Shown here: positions 25,204-34,861 of the stretch, one piece after another
Layout: every line of letters begins with the position of its first letter
How positions within the stretch are numbered: position 1 is the first letter of the stretch
Assembly (NCBI GenBank): GCA_023475345.1
Contig: JAMCWD010000040.1
Location: forward strand, 22,137-86,136
Length of the DNA: 64,000 nucleotides
Origin: Chloroflexota bacterium
GTDB lineage: Bacteria > Vulcanimicrobiota > JAMCWD01
Reading direction: 5' to 3'
Translations under genes and position numbers: made by a program
The notes under the pieces: generated by a model
Databases searched by the model: none
What the model saw: only the letters and a program-made list of their open reading frames with translations
What the model was told of the DNA's origin: nothing

Positions 25204-26247
25204 TTAAACATTGAACCTGATATGTACTATGTCGCCGTTCTGGACTATATAATCCCTGCCTTCAAGGTGGAAACTGCCTTCTTCTTTGGCCCCGTTCCAG
25301 CTTCCCAGGCGGAGCAGAGCATCGGCGGGAACGACTTCAGCCCGTATGAATCCACGCATCAGGTCGGTATGGATTTTGCCCGCGGCCTCCAGGGCCGAAT
25401 CCCCCTCGCGTATTGTCCATGCCCGGACTTCGTCTTCCCCTACCGTATAAAACGACTGGAGCTTCATTATGCCATAGGCCCGCTCGATTAAGCGATCCCT
25501 GCCCAGAACTTTTATCCCCAGTTCTTCCATGAATTCTTCAATATCGCACGGATCCATCCGGCAGACCTCTATCTCAAGCGGAGCGGAGATGGAAAATACG
25601 GGGATCGGCCCTGCCTCAAGAGATCCCGATACCATCTTTTCAAGCTCCCCGGCATCTTTCATCTGTTCTTCCGAAATATTGAGTATGGCTATCCGGGGCC
25701 TCGATGTTATCAGGTTATATTCTTTCAGCTTTATCATTTCCGCATCCGTTGCCTGAAATTCGGAAGCGTCTTTCCCGCTCTCAAGGAGACCGGAGAGGCG
25801 GTCGAGCAGTTCCTGTTCCTCCAGTTTGGCGGCCCGGCCTTCTTTGAATGTCCGGGCGTCGTGGAGGACGCGCTCTTTCCTGGTTTCTATGAAAACAAGA
25901 TCCATCAACTGTAATTCCTGGCGGAGGGACTGGAACTCCGATAAAATGCTTTCTTTGTCGGGATGGCGGAATGCTCCGGTAACCGTAACGACGGCATCCA
26001 GCTTCTGGGCGGCCTGAGAAAATAAAACCTTCTTTTCCTTCTCTCCCGGCGCGGGAAGCTCGATACACTCAAGCGTCGCAAAAGTCAATTTTTTCGGGTT
26101 ATATATTTTGCTAAGTTCAACGAGCACAGGGTCGGGAACTTTTATCGTGCCTACCCCCGTGTTACTTTCAGATAAGCTGCGCCCGAGCAGGGCGCCGAGT
26201 ATGCTGCTTTTGCCTGAGCCTCGAAGGCCCACCAGTCCCAGTTTCAT
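25204..26247 (-). CDS. ychF: YchF/OLA1-like P-loop NTPase with TGS-like C-terminus (divergent)
   Basis: P-loop GLRGSGKSS. C-terminal FYTVGEDEVRAWTIREGDSALEAAGKIHTDLMRGFIRAEVV...GDIVHIRFNV matches the YchF C-terminal domain. Confidence 0.75.
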   Translation of the reverse strand: MKLGLVGLRGSGKSSILGALLGRSLSESNTGVGTIKVPDPVLVELSKIYNPKKLTFATLECIELPAPGEKEKKVLFSQAAQKLDAVVTVTGAFRHPDKESILSEFQSLRQELQLMDLVFIETRKERVLHDARTFKEGRAAKLEEQELLDRLSGLLESGKDASEFQATDAEMIKLKEYNLITSRPRIAILNISEEQMKDAGELEKMVSGSLEAGPIPVFSISAPLEIEVCRMDPCDIEEFMEELGIKVLGRDRLIERAYGIMKLQSFYTVGEDEVRAWTIREGDSALEAAGKIHTDLMRGFIRAEVVPADALLRLGSWNGAKEEGSFHLEGRDYIVQNGDIVHIRFNV

Positions 26248-26510
26248 TGCCGCATCTCCTGTTGTATTTATGCCTTGTGTTTATTTGCCGTGTGCTTATT
26301 GCCGCCTGAAGCCGCTGGCTGCTGTCGTTTGCTGCCGCCGCCGGTATTTTTGTGTTTCCTGAAGATTGAACGGCCCATTTATTTCAGGTTTGTGTCACGG
26401 ATTAAAAAGTATAAGTCCAAAAGCAAAAATTGTAAAGGCCGGGGGTGATAAGTACAATGTTATGCGGTTGCTCAAATAACACCGTGCATGGACTAAGATC
26501 CAATGCCCGA

Positions 26511-28151
26511 TTAATGTTTTTCTTTTTCGGGAATCTTTTTCAGGTTTTTTTGAATTTCTTTTGCCAGTTCGGAAAGTCCCTGTTTTTCAGCAAGAGCAAG
26601 GGCTTTTTTATATGCTTCAATTGCTTCCCCGGTCTTCCCCGTTTTTTCCAGTGCAATCCCCTTATTAAGCCATGCATCGGCATCTTCAGGATTTATTGAA
26701 ATTGCTTTGTCAAAACATTTTACAGCTTCTTCATATTTTCCCATCTCACGCAGGACTTTCCCCTTGTTATACCATGAAGCCGCATCCTCCTGATTTACGG
26801 CAATCAATTTATCAAAGCATTTCACTGCTTCCTCATATTTTCCCAGCCCATACAGGGCAACTCCCCTGACATGTCCGGCATCTGCATCTTCCTTTTGTAT
26901 CGACATAGTTTTATTAAAACATCTTACCGCCTCTTCTTGTTTTCCCATCTCGCGCAGAGCAAGCCCTTTGTTAAGCCATGCATGAGCATTTTCCTGATTT
27001 ATAGAAATTGCTTTGTCATAACATTTTATTGCTTCTTCGTATTTTCTCACTTTACGCAGGACAATCCCCCTGGCACACCATGCATCCGCATCTTCCTGAT
27101 TTATGGAAATTGCTTTGTCATAACATTTTATTGCTTCTTCGTAATATTTTCTCATTCCAAGCAGAGCACTACCCTTTTCGTACCATGCATCGGCATCTTC
27201 AGGATTTATTGAAATTGCCTTGTCAAAGCATTTTACTGCATCTTCAGGTTTTTTTAGCCATAATAATACTCGTCCTTTGTCGATCCAGCCATAACTGTTA
27301 TCCGGCTTAATTTCCAGCGCTTTATTGTAGCTTTCCAATGACTCTTTATGCTTCCCCAGCCGTGATAATGCCGCACCCCTGCCTTCCCAGGCATCAGCAT
27401 AATCAGGATCAATTTCCAGCGCTTTATTAAAACTTTTTAATGACTCTTTCGGCTTCTCCAGCCATGATAATGCCGAACCTCTGCCCGACCAAGCCCTGGC
27501 ATAATCAGGATCAATTTCCAATGCCCTATCGTAACTTTCTAAAGCCTCTTTTGACTTCCCCAGCCGCGATAATACCGAACCCCTGCCTGCCCAGGCCCTA
27601 ACAAAACCAGAATCAATTTCCAGCGCTTTATTGTAGCTTTCCAATGACTCTTTATACTTCCCCAACTGTGATAATGCCGCACCCCTGCCTTCCCAGGCGA
27701 CATCATAATTCGGATCAATTTCCAATGCCCTATCGTAACTTTCCAATGCCTCTTCCGGCTTTCCAAGCCATGTTAATGCAGAACCCCTGCATGTCCACGT
27801 ATCGGCAACAACCGGCTCAACTTCCAATATTTTATTATAATGTTTTATTCCATCTATAATAAATTTTTTTAAAGCGTTTCCCTTATAAGTCAATGCCCCG
27901 GCATCCTCTTTGTTTAAATCAAGCGACCTGTCCAAACACTCAAGAGCTTTTTGATATTTGCCTTTTTCAAAGAGGGTTTCTCCTTTATCATACCAGTATC
28001 TCGAAGAGTATAATCTGGCATATAAAAGAAAGAGCACAAGCATCAGGAAAACAACTACAAAGATAATCTCATAAGCACTTACATGCGATCTTTTATGAAG
28101 GCTTTCAGCGCCGGCGTCCCGCTTTTGAATTTTCATTCTTCTTTTAAACAT
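26511..28151 (-). CDS. TPR repeat protein with N-terminal membrane anchor
   Basis: TM helix IIFVVVFLMLVLFLLY, then about 14 34-aa units (Y..A...YDKAL.I.P..A.AW..KG.AL..LGK). Confidence 0.85.
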   Translation of the reverse strand: MFKRRMKIQKRDAGAESLHKRSHVSAYEIIFVVVFLMLVLFLLYARLYSSRYWYDKGETLFEKGKYQKALECLDRSLDLNKEDAGALTYKGNALKKFIIDGIKHYNKILEVEPVVADTWTCRGSALTWLGKPEEALESYDRALEIDPNYDVAWEGRGAALSQLGKYKESLESYNKALEIDSGFVRAWAGRGSVLSRLGKSKEALESYDRALEIDPDYARAWSGRGSALSWLEKPKESLKSFNKALEIDPDYADAWEGRGAALSRLGKHKESLESYNKALEIKPDNSYGWIDKGRVLLWLKKPEDAVKCFDKAISINPEDADAWYEKGSALLGMRKYYEEAIKCYDKAISINQEDADAWCARGIVLRKVRKYEEAIKCYDKAISINQENAHAWLNKGLALREMGKQEEAVRCFNKTMSIQKEDADAGHVRGVALYGLGKYEEAVKCFDKLIAVNQEDAASWYNKGKVLREMGKYEEAVKCFDKAISINPEDADAWLNKGIALEKTGKTGEAIEAYKKALALAEKQGLSELAKEIQKNLKKIPEKEKH

Positions 28152-28236
28152 TTTTATTGCCAGCCAGACTTCCTGAAATTATTATACTATAAACGAAATA
28201 GTATAATAACCTCTCTCTTTTTGCGGGCGGGGAAAT

Positions 28237-29382
28237 TCATAGCCTGTTATATTTTTTCATTATCTCCATGAGCCGGGGAACAGGCAGCGCATAAGCCGTA
28301 TTTCCGTCCCTGCCCGTAACGGTTTCCGCCATACAGAGAGTATTTATCACGGCTTCCTCCGTCGATTCGACCACCGCCTGGAAAAGAGAGTCCAGATGCG
28401 TATCGGCCATCCTTGTAACGGTGAAAGTCCGAGCTTCCGGGTAATGGGGGATGCGGTAAGCAGTCGAGAAGGCCACGAAGAAATCCCCGCTCCCGTGATG
28501 GCCGCAGGTTCCCGTCCGCCCTATCCCGATTACCGCCCGCTTACAAAGCCTTGTCAACTGCCTGGAATCCAGGGGGGCATCCGTTGCGATTACCACTATC
28601 ACCGACCCGGCATTCCCCCGGCCGCAGACAGGCACATCGAGCTCTTTCCCCACCGGAACCCCGTTTATGATCAGCTCTTCGCGGCTCCCGAAATTTGCAA
28701 GTACGAGAACCCCGACGGTGTATCCGCCTTCTTCATCGGGAAGTCTCCGGGATGCCGTCCCGATACCGCCCTTCAATTGATAGCAGATCATCCCGGCGCC
28801 CGCTCCGACCACACCTTCGGCCACTTCTCCCCCCATCGCGCCCTGGATACAACTAATCACATCATCTTCTGTAATATGTCTCCCCCTGATATCATTGAGG
28901 GCGCTGTCGTCACACTCCCCGACCACCGGGGTAACCACGTCATCGGTGATGCCTATTTCGGGATATTTCTTCATCATCCAGCCGACCACGCCATCGGACA
29001 CCCTGCCGACGCAATGAGTATTCGTGAGCAAAATCGGCACTTCCAGAGCGCCTCCCTCGTTTACCCAGTGGAGGCCGGTAAGCTCGCCGCAGCCGTTGAA
29101 AACAAATCCCCCGGCGGGCACTTTTTCCCTCCAGATGTCCCCGCCGTGCGGGAGTATGGCGGTTACGCCTGTCCTGACGGCTTTTTCCCCATCGCCTGAA
29201 TTCTTTGTAACGTGTCCCACCATGACCCCGGGGACATCGGTGATAGCGTTGTATTTGCCCGGCTCCATATCGCCGATGATTATGCCCAGGTCTCTTGCCC
29301 TCACCCGGTTATCCCCGAAAACTGCGGGCGATAAAGCGGTGATGATTATGAGAGTAAAAAGCACAAGCCTTGCTATCTTCAT
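28237..29382 (-). CDS. P1/S58 family peptidase (DmpA-like L-aminopeptidase/D-esterase), secreted
   Basis: Signal peptide LIIITALSPAVFG. RARDLGIIIG...NAITDVPGVMVGHVT and ...GSGDFFVAFST are typical of the DmpA/Ntn family. Confidence 0.85.
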   Translation of the reverse strand: MKIARLVLFTLIIITALSPAVFGDNRVRARDLGIIIGDMEPGKYNAITDVPGVMVGHVTKNSGDGEKAVRTGVTAILPHGGDIWREKVPAGGFVFNGCGELTGLHWVNEGGALEVPILLTNTHCVGRVSDGVVGWMMKKYPEIGITDDVVTPVVGECDDSALNDIRGRHITEDDVISCIQGAMGGEVAEGVVGAGAGMICYQLKGGIGTASRRLPDEEGGYTVGVLVLANFGSREELIINGVPVGKELDVPVCGRGNAGSVIVVIATDAPLDSRQLTRLCKRAVIGIGRTGTCGHHGSGDFFVAFSTAYRIPHYPEARTFTVTRMADTHLDSLFQAVVESTEEAVINTLCMAETVTGRDGNTAYALPVPRLMEIMKKYNRL

Positions 29383-29600
29383 TGCTGCCCCCCTTGTAAA
29401 GATAATTGCCGAATTCTTGATTTGCCGCCCGGAAACCTTTTAATTTCGGGCCGATTTTTCGGCCCCGCCGGATTGTTTTTTTACCGGGCGGAAGTGAGTT
29501 GTAGATCCGTATCGCCGCACCCATGCCTGTGATAAAAGGGAGCGGGCGACTGCCGGATATGCCTGCTCCCTATATTTTCAGGTATCGGGTTCGTTGTCCC

Positions 29601-29663
29601 TCTTCTCTCTTCTCTCTTCTCTCTTCTCTCTTCTCTCTTCTCTCTTCTCTCTTCTCTCTTCTC
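29601..29663. repeat. Perfect heptanucleotide microsatellite (TCTTCTC)x9
   Basis: My count is 63 nt, nine exact units. It ends 9 nt before the -35 box of the tRNA promoter. Confidence 0.95.
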
Positions 29664-29672
29664 CCGCGCGCA

Positions 29673-29702
29673 TTGACACCTGCGGGAGGGCTTTGATAGA
29701 AT
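29673..29702 (+). promoter_or_regulatory. Sigma70-type promoter for tRNA-Leu
   Basis: TTGACA (29673-29678), 18-nt spacer, TAGAAT (29697-29702). The tRNA 5' end lies 14 nt downstream. Confidence 0.65.
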
Positions 29703-29715
29703 GTTCATGCTTGGC

Positions 29716-29802
29716 GCCGAAGTGGCGGAATAGGCAGACGCGCTGGTCTCAAAAACCAGTGAGGGCGACCTCATGCCGGTTCGATCCCGGCCTTCGGCAC
29801 CA
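29716..29802 (+). tRNA. tRNA-Leu, anticodon CAA, with encoded CCA
   Basis: Acceptor stem GCCGAAG/CTTCGGC. Anticodon stem ctggt/accag with loop ctCAAaa. Long variable arm. T-arm gccgg-ttcgatc-ccggc. Discriminator A plus CCA. 87 nt. Confidence 0.9.
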
Positions 29803-30002
29803 TTTTTATTTTCCTGGAAACTTGAGATTAGAGACTAGAAACTGGAAACCGTGCCCCTACAAAAGCGAGCAAGTAACTTTTCATGAACGCTCTGCAAGAA
29901 CCCCCTGCAGGAAAAGAGCCGGGAATATAAAAGAGTACAGATAATGAGCCTGTATCAGGCAGTAAACCGGACGAGTTTCCGAAACCGAAAGGGGCATGAC
30001 TG

Positions 30003-30887
30003 ATGAGAACAATGATCGGGATTCTTGCCGGCAACGAGGAATATGCCAACAAGGTAATCGGCTTGGTAAACCGCCGCGGTGAAGGAAAATACGTAGCCGA
30101 GCACATAAAGCTGGGCGCCCAGATCGTGGGAGAGCCGATCCCCTACAAGGTCATCCTGGACAGGCTTTCTCACGTCCTGGTGTTCTTTTCCCCGTATTTA
30201 AAGAGGGCCGCCCTCCAGGGAGCAAAGGTGATAAACGACCCGTTCCGTTTCCCTGCAGACGATAAATTTTATGACGGTGAGCTTGCCGCAAGGCTGGGCG
30301 TAAGCGTTCCCCGCACGGTCCTTCTGCCTACAAATTCGCCTCCTGCAGAGCTTCCTCCCGATGACTTTACAAACCTCGGTTATCCCCTGGACTGGGAAGA
30401 GATAGCAGATTATGTAGGGTTCCCGGCGGTGCTGAAGCCTTATGACGGCTACGGCTGGCGGGAAGTCCACCGCCTGGAAAGCCTTGGAGACCTGATGTGG
30501 TTTTATAACTCCTCCGGCGACGATACCTGCATGGTCCAGCAATGGATAGAATTCGACCATTATATCCGCTGTTTCGTTATCGGCATGGAAGAAGTGATGC
30601 CGATAAGCTATAACCCCGTGAACCGCACTTATATACTCGATCACGAGCACCTGACCCCGCTCCTCGGAGAGCGGGTTGAAAATAACTGCAGGGACATCTG
30701 TAAGGGGCTGGGATACGATTTCAATACCGTGGAATTCGCAATCAAGGACGGCATCCCTTACGCCATAGATTTCATGAACCCGGTGCCCGATTGTAGCCGG
30801 GAATCTCTGGGCGATCACTATTTCGACTGGGTGGTGGAACAGACGGCCGATCTTTTATTGAAAGAGGCGGCAAAGAAATCGGTATAA
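30003..30887 (+). CDS. ATP-grasp fold protein, substrate unknown
   Basis: FPAVLKPYDGYGWREVHRLES, MVQQWIEFDHYIRCFVIG and FNTVEFAIKDGIPYAIDFMNP fit the ATP-grasp core pattern (RimK / glutathione-synthetase-like). Confidence 0.6.
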   Translation: MRTMIGILAGNEEYANKVIGLVNRRGEGKYVAEHIKLGAQIVGEPIPYKVILDRLSHVLVFFSPYLKRAALQGAKVINDPFRFPADDKFYDGELAARLGVSVPRTVLLPTNSPPAELPPDDFTNLGYPLDWEEIADYVGFPAVLKPYDGYGWREVHRLESLGDLMWFYNSSGDDTCMVQQWIEFDHYIRCFVIGMEEVMPISYNPVNRTYILDHEHLTPLLGERVENNCRDICKGLGYDFNTVEFAIKDGIPYAIDFMNPVPDCSRESLGDHYFDWVVEQTADLLLKEAAKKSV

Positions 30888-30975
30888 ATTACCGCTGATC
30901 GGAGCTACAGGCCTGTAAACAGACAGCTTTTAAATTTTATTTAACGGGCCGCCGGTCCGGGGGAGGTTGAAACGG

Positions 30976-32028
30976 ATGGCTCAATTTTTTGAATCTACCG
31001 GCATCGATCCGGAGAATTTATACCTGACTATAAGGGAAGCCCTCGTCGTGGGGATAATTTTTGTCATAGCCGTAATAATTATTCATATCTTGAAAATATT
31101 CTTCAGGAAAATAAGTGCCCGGTGTGATAAAACCGAAACTATGCTTGACAATTACATAGTTGAAGCCGTCGATGTCCCTGTTTACGCGGGCGTTTTCCTT
31201 CTGGCGTTGTATCTATCGAGCCGCGTAATGACTACGCTCATGCCGTATGAAGGATCGATAAACAAATTTTTTGTCGTGCTGGGGACACTCTGGGCTGTTT
31301 ACGCCGCTTTGAAGGTCTTTAACTCGCTTTTGCGGCGGTACCAGGAATTCCTGATGGAGCATAAACAGCAGAAAATAGAAAGCCACCTGGTAAAAACGGT
31401 CGGCCAGGTAATAAGCGCGATAGTGTGGGGCATAGCGATAATCCTCATACTTGACCAGATGGGATATAACGTAAACGCGCTTATCGCAAGCATGGGCATC
31501 GGGGGCATAGCGGTGGCGCTGGCCGCCCAGGACACGCTCTCCAATTTCCTGGCGGGCTTTTACCTGATGCTGGACAGGCCACTGCGCGTCGGCGACTATA
31601 TAAAGCTTTCATCGGGCGAAGAAGGGTTCGTCGAAGAGATCGGATGGCGGACGACCAAGATCCGGCAATGGGCGAACAACATTGTCGTTATCCCGAACGC
31701 GAGCCTTTCCAAAACGGTATTCACCAACTGTTACCAGCCCGAGCAGACCATGCCGGTACATGTTCAATGCGGGGTCGGGTACGATAGCGACCTTGAAAAA
31801 GTCGAAAAGGCGGCCGTCGAAGAAGCCGTAAAAGTCATGCAGTGCATAGAAGGCGCAGATACGTCAATGACCCCTGTCCTTAGATTCAAGGAATTCAGCG
31901 ATTCAAATATAAATTTCTTCGTTACCTTCCATGTGAAGGATTTTGCCGCCCAGTACCTTCTTTCACACGAATACATGAAAGCGCTTTACAAGAGGTTCAA
32001 GGAAGAAGGGATCCGGATCAATAGTTAG
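30976..32028 (+). CDS. mscS: Small-conductance mechanosensitive channel (MscS family)
   Basis: GIGGIAVALAAQDTLSNFLAGFYLMLDRPLRVGDYIKL pore-helix/beta-domain signature, preceded by about four TM helices. ATG 30976 lies 9 nt after GGGGGAGG. Confidence 0.85.
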   Translation: MAQFFESTGIDPENLYLTIREALVVGIIFVIAVIIIHILKIFFRKISARCDKTETMLDNYIVEAVDVPVYAGVFLLALYLSSRVMTTLMPYEGSINKFFVVLGTLWAVYAALKVFNSLLRRYQEFLMEHKQQKIESHLVKTVGQVISAIVWGIAIILILDQMGYNVNALIASMGIGGIAVALAAQDTLSNFLAGFYLMLDRPLRVGDYIKLSSGEEGFVEEIGWRTTKIRQWANNIVVIPNASLSKTVFTNCYQPEQTMPVHVQCGVGYDSDLEKVEKAAVEEAVKVMQCIEGADTSMTPVLRFKEFSDSNINFFVTFHVKDFAAQYLLSHEYMKALYKRFKEEGIRINS

Positions 32029-32094
32029 ATGAGATAGCAAAGAAACTCGGGGGCGTGCCCAGAGCGGAGAGCAAGCCTTCCGAATAAGCCGGTC

Positions 32095-33630
32095 TCAATT
32101 ATTGCCGGGGATATTCGTGCCTCGCGTCCCGTCTTCTTTCACCTTCTCAAAATTCATATCTTCAAGGTTAATGATATTTTCATCGGGAGGCGTGTCTGTT
32201 TTTTCATCCGAAGCGGCAGGTGCTGCAGGAGTTTCTTCTGCACCGGGGGCCGGCTCGTCTGTCTGAACTTCCGTAGTTTCTTCAACCAGGGGCTTTTCCG
32301 CCGGGGTTTCTTCATTCGTTTTTTGGGCGGAGGTAACTTCCGGGGCGGGCAGGCTCGACTCGCTCGGAGGCCCGTGCCAGTCCTTGCCTATTATAATAGT
32401 GAAATCCAGCGTCTCATTAATTCCCGAGTCGTCTCTCGAAAGCTGGGTCTTCCCTATGATATCCATAATTGACAGCGCCATATTGGGCCGGTTGTTGTAA
32501 TCGACTATTTCGGTGAATTCACAATCCTGTGTAGGGGCATTGCCGACATCCACCACGTTATAGCCTTTTTGTTTCAATATCTCGGCCGCCTGGGCCGCTG
32601 CGCCCTGTGTGCCGCTCCCGTTCAATACCTGGATCTTTATGTCGGCAGGATCAAGAACTTCCCTGCCTTCCAGGAGCCTCTGGACCAGCATTTTTTTCTT
32701 GTTATCATCCGGTATTATATAACTGGCTCCGCCAATATTCTCATCGTCGCCGTCAATTACGCCCTTTGTAATTCTGTCCATCTTGAAGTTCTTGTAAACT
32801 TTTGCAAGATCCATAAGATCCAGCACCGACATGTCGGTTTCCAACATTTTTTTGAAAGCGCGCGATATCTTGTCGGCATTTACAAGATTGGAAGGCTTCT
32901 TCAACTCCTTGATTAACGCCGCTATGAATTGCTGCTGTCTCCTGATCCTGCCCCTGTCGCCTTCGGGATCATGCCTGAACCTGCAATAGCCGACGGCCTG
33001 CTCGCCGTTAAGCCGTTGTATTCCTTTTTTAAGATGGACATGGAGATGCCCCCAGTTATCGTCATAGTCCATGTCCTTTTCCACGTCAACCGCCACCCCG
33101 CCTATGGCGTCCACCAGGTCTTTCATGGCATAACTTCTGATGATCACGTAATGATCTATGTCCGTCTCCAGGAAATTCCCGATAGTTTTTTTCGCAAGCT
33201 CCACCCCGCCCAGCGAATACGCCGCATTTACCTTATCATACCCATAGCCGTCGGCAAGCTCGACACGCGAATCCCTGGGGATGGAAAGCATGTTCAGTTC
33301 TTTGCCTTCCCTGTCCACCCTTACTACGAATATCGTATCGGAGCGGGCGTCCTTGGTATAGTGGATGCCCCTCTCGTTATAGTTATAGTCAAGGCCCATG
33401 ACCAGTATCTTTAGTGAATCCTTGTCCTTGAACGCTATCTGGCCGGGCTTGCTGATCATGATGCGGACGATATCCATTACCGGGGTGCCTTTTTCATGCT
33501 GCTTCGAAACAAGATACAGGAACGCCGCCCCGGAAACTATTATCCCGAAGATAAACACGATCACTAATACGATTAATATTCTTTTCCAGTTGACTTTCAT
33601 TTTCAATCCCTTATTTCTCATAATATACAT
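32095..33630 (-). CDS. LytR-CpsA-Psr (LCP) family protein with LytR_C-like domain and acidic/Pro-rich tail
   Basis: TM anchor, then ILVMGLDYN...RSDTIFVVRVD...MLSIPRDSRVEL...KVNAAYSLGG (LCP core). Later IKIQVLNGSGTQGAAAQAAEILKQKGYNV. Confidence 0.85.
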   Translation of the reverse strand: MYIMRNKGLKMKVNWKRILIVLVIVFIFGIIVSGAAFLYLVSKQHEKGTPVMDIVRIMISKPGQIAFKDKDSLKILVMGLDYNYNERGIHYTKDARSDTIFVVRVDREGKELNMLSIPRDSRVELADGYGYDKVNAAYSLGGVELAKKTIGNFLETDIDHYVIIRSYAMKDLVDAIGGVAVDVEKDMDYDDNWGHLHVHLKKGIQRLNGEQAVGYCRFRHDPEGDRGRIRRQQQFIAALIKELKKPSNLVNADKISRAFKKMLETDMSVLDLMDLAKVYKNFKMDRITKGVIDGDDENIGGASYIIPDDNKKKMLVQRLLEGREVLDPADIKIQVLNGSGTQGAAAQAAEILKQKGYNVVDVGNAPTQDCEFTEIVDYNNRPNMALSIMDIIGKTQLSRDDSGINETLDFTIIIGKDWHGPPSESSLPAPEVTSAQKTNEETPAEKPLVEETTEVQTDEPAPGAEETPAAPAASDEKTDTPPDENIINLEDMNFEKVKEDGTRGTNIPGNN

Positions 33631-33715
33631 TTCTCAATATGCATAGCCGGCAGGTATAAGCATACCCGGATGCCGAAACCTTATTTTATTCGAGAGATTG
33701 AAAAATCCTCCAGCA

Positions 33716-34534
33716 ATGCAAAATAAAAAAATAAAAAACACTTTAAAAAAATCACTGGGCCAGCACATCCTGAAGGACCGGGACTGCCTCGAGCGCATCG
33801 TGGGCTGTGCCGGTTTATCGGAAAACAGCAGGGTCCTGGAGATAGGAGCAGGTCCCGGCAACCTTACGACGATGCTCTGTGATGCCGCCGGGGAAGTAAT
33901 TGCGGTCGAGCTGGACAGGGATTTCATGGAACGGCTGCACCGTCTTGAAAATACGTATGATAACCTCCATGTCATACATGCGGATATACTCGGGCTTGAC
34001 CTGTTCGAAACCCTCAAGCCCCCGGGCGGCTGGGCGGTCGTTGCCAACCTGCCGTATCAGATAACGACGAAGATCCTTCTGAAGCTTTTATCCGCCGGGC
34101 GGGAATTGTTCACCGATCTTTTCCTGACGGTACAGAAAGAAGTCGGGGAGCGGCTTTGCTCACCTCCGGGCAGCAAGCGCTACGGCGCAATTTCAGTTTA
34201 TACATATTATAAGGCGGCGCCTGAGATACTGTTCGATATCCCGGCTGAAGCTTTCACGCCGCCTCCAAGGGTGGATTCATGTTTAATCCGGCTTGCCATA
34301 AGAGATAAGCCCCCGTTCGAAGTCGAAGACGAGAATTTTTTCAATTTCGTGCGCGCCTGTTTTTCCCAGCGGAGGAAGAAGCTGGCAAATGCTGCCGGAC
34401 ACGCATGGCCGAAAATAAAAACAGGCGAATTGAGAAGCATCCTCCCCGGATGGGGCTTCGACCCTTCAGCCCGCCCGGAAACTCTAAGCCCTGAAGACTT
34501 CGGCCGCCTGTACAACAATCTCCTGAAAAGCTGA
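33716..34534 (+). CDS. rsmA: 16S rRNA (adenine1518/1519-N6)-dimethyltransferase RsmA/KsgA
   Basis: KKSLGQHILKD, VLEIGAGPGNLT and VVANLPYQITT. ATG 33716 is in-frame with the TTG 33698 used by the track. Confidence 0.9.
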   Translation: MQNKKIKNTLKKSLGQHILKDRDCLERIVGCAGLSENSRVLEIGAGPGNLTTMLCDAAGEVIAVELDRDFMERLHRLENTYDNLHVIHADILGLDLFETLKPPGGWAVVANLPYQITTKILLKLLSAGRELFTDLFLTVQKEVGERLCSPPGSKRYGAISVYTYYKAAPEILFDIPAEAFTPPPRVDSCLIRLAIRDKPPFEVEDENFFNFVRACFSQRRKKLANAAGHAWPKIKTGELRSILPGWGFDPSARPETLSPEDFGRLYNNLLKS

Positions 34535-34536
34535 AA

Positions 34537-34558
34537 AAGCAAGCGGTGCTTGCTTTTC
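34537..34558 (+). terminator. Possible terminator after rsmA
   Basis: aagcaagc-ggt-gcttgctt hairpin directly after the stop, with only a short T tract (ttttc). Confidence 0.5.
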
Positions 34559-34861
34559 AATGTCTGAAATTCCGGCTGAAAATAAAAAACCCGGGCTACC
34601 GGGCCGGTTATCCTGAAATACTGCTTAAAATAAAATGGTGAAGGGAGGATTAAGAATGTTGCTATGATGAATGACTGTGATAAGTGCTCCTCCCTTCGAC
34701 CACTTGTATTATACTATGGAATCTAAACAGGCGAATCCCCCGCGGGAATGATTCGACGCTTAAAAGCAAGCCCCTGTGCTTAAGTCCGCGGTACCAATCT
34801 TTAAAACCGGCGATCTTGTCTGATATATAACACAGGGACTGAAGATCTACAGATCCGCATG

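Noticed and set aside
29481-29944. ORFs 29594..29944 (+) and 29481..29774 (-) with SLFSLLS / REKREER periodic peptides
   Set aside because: They are translations of the TCTTCTC microsatellite, and they run straight through the tRNA-Leu gene and its promoter.
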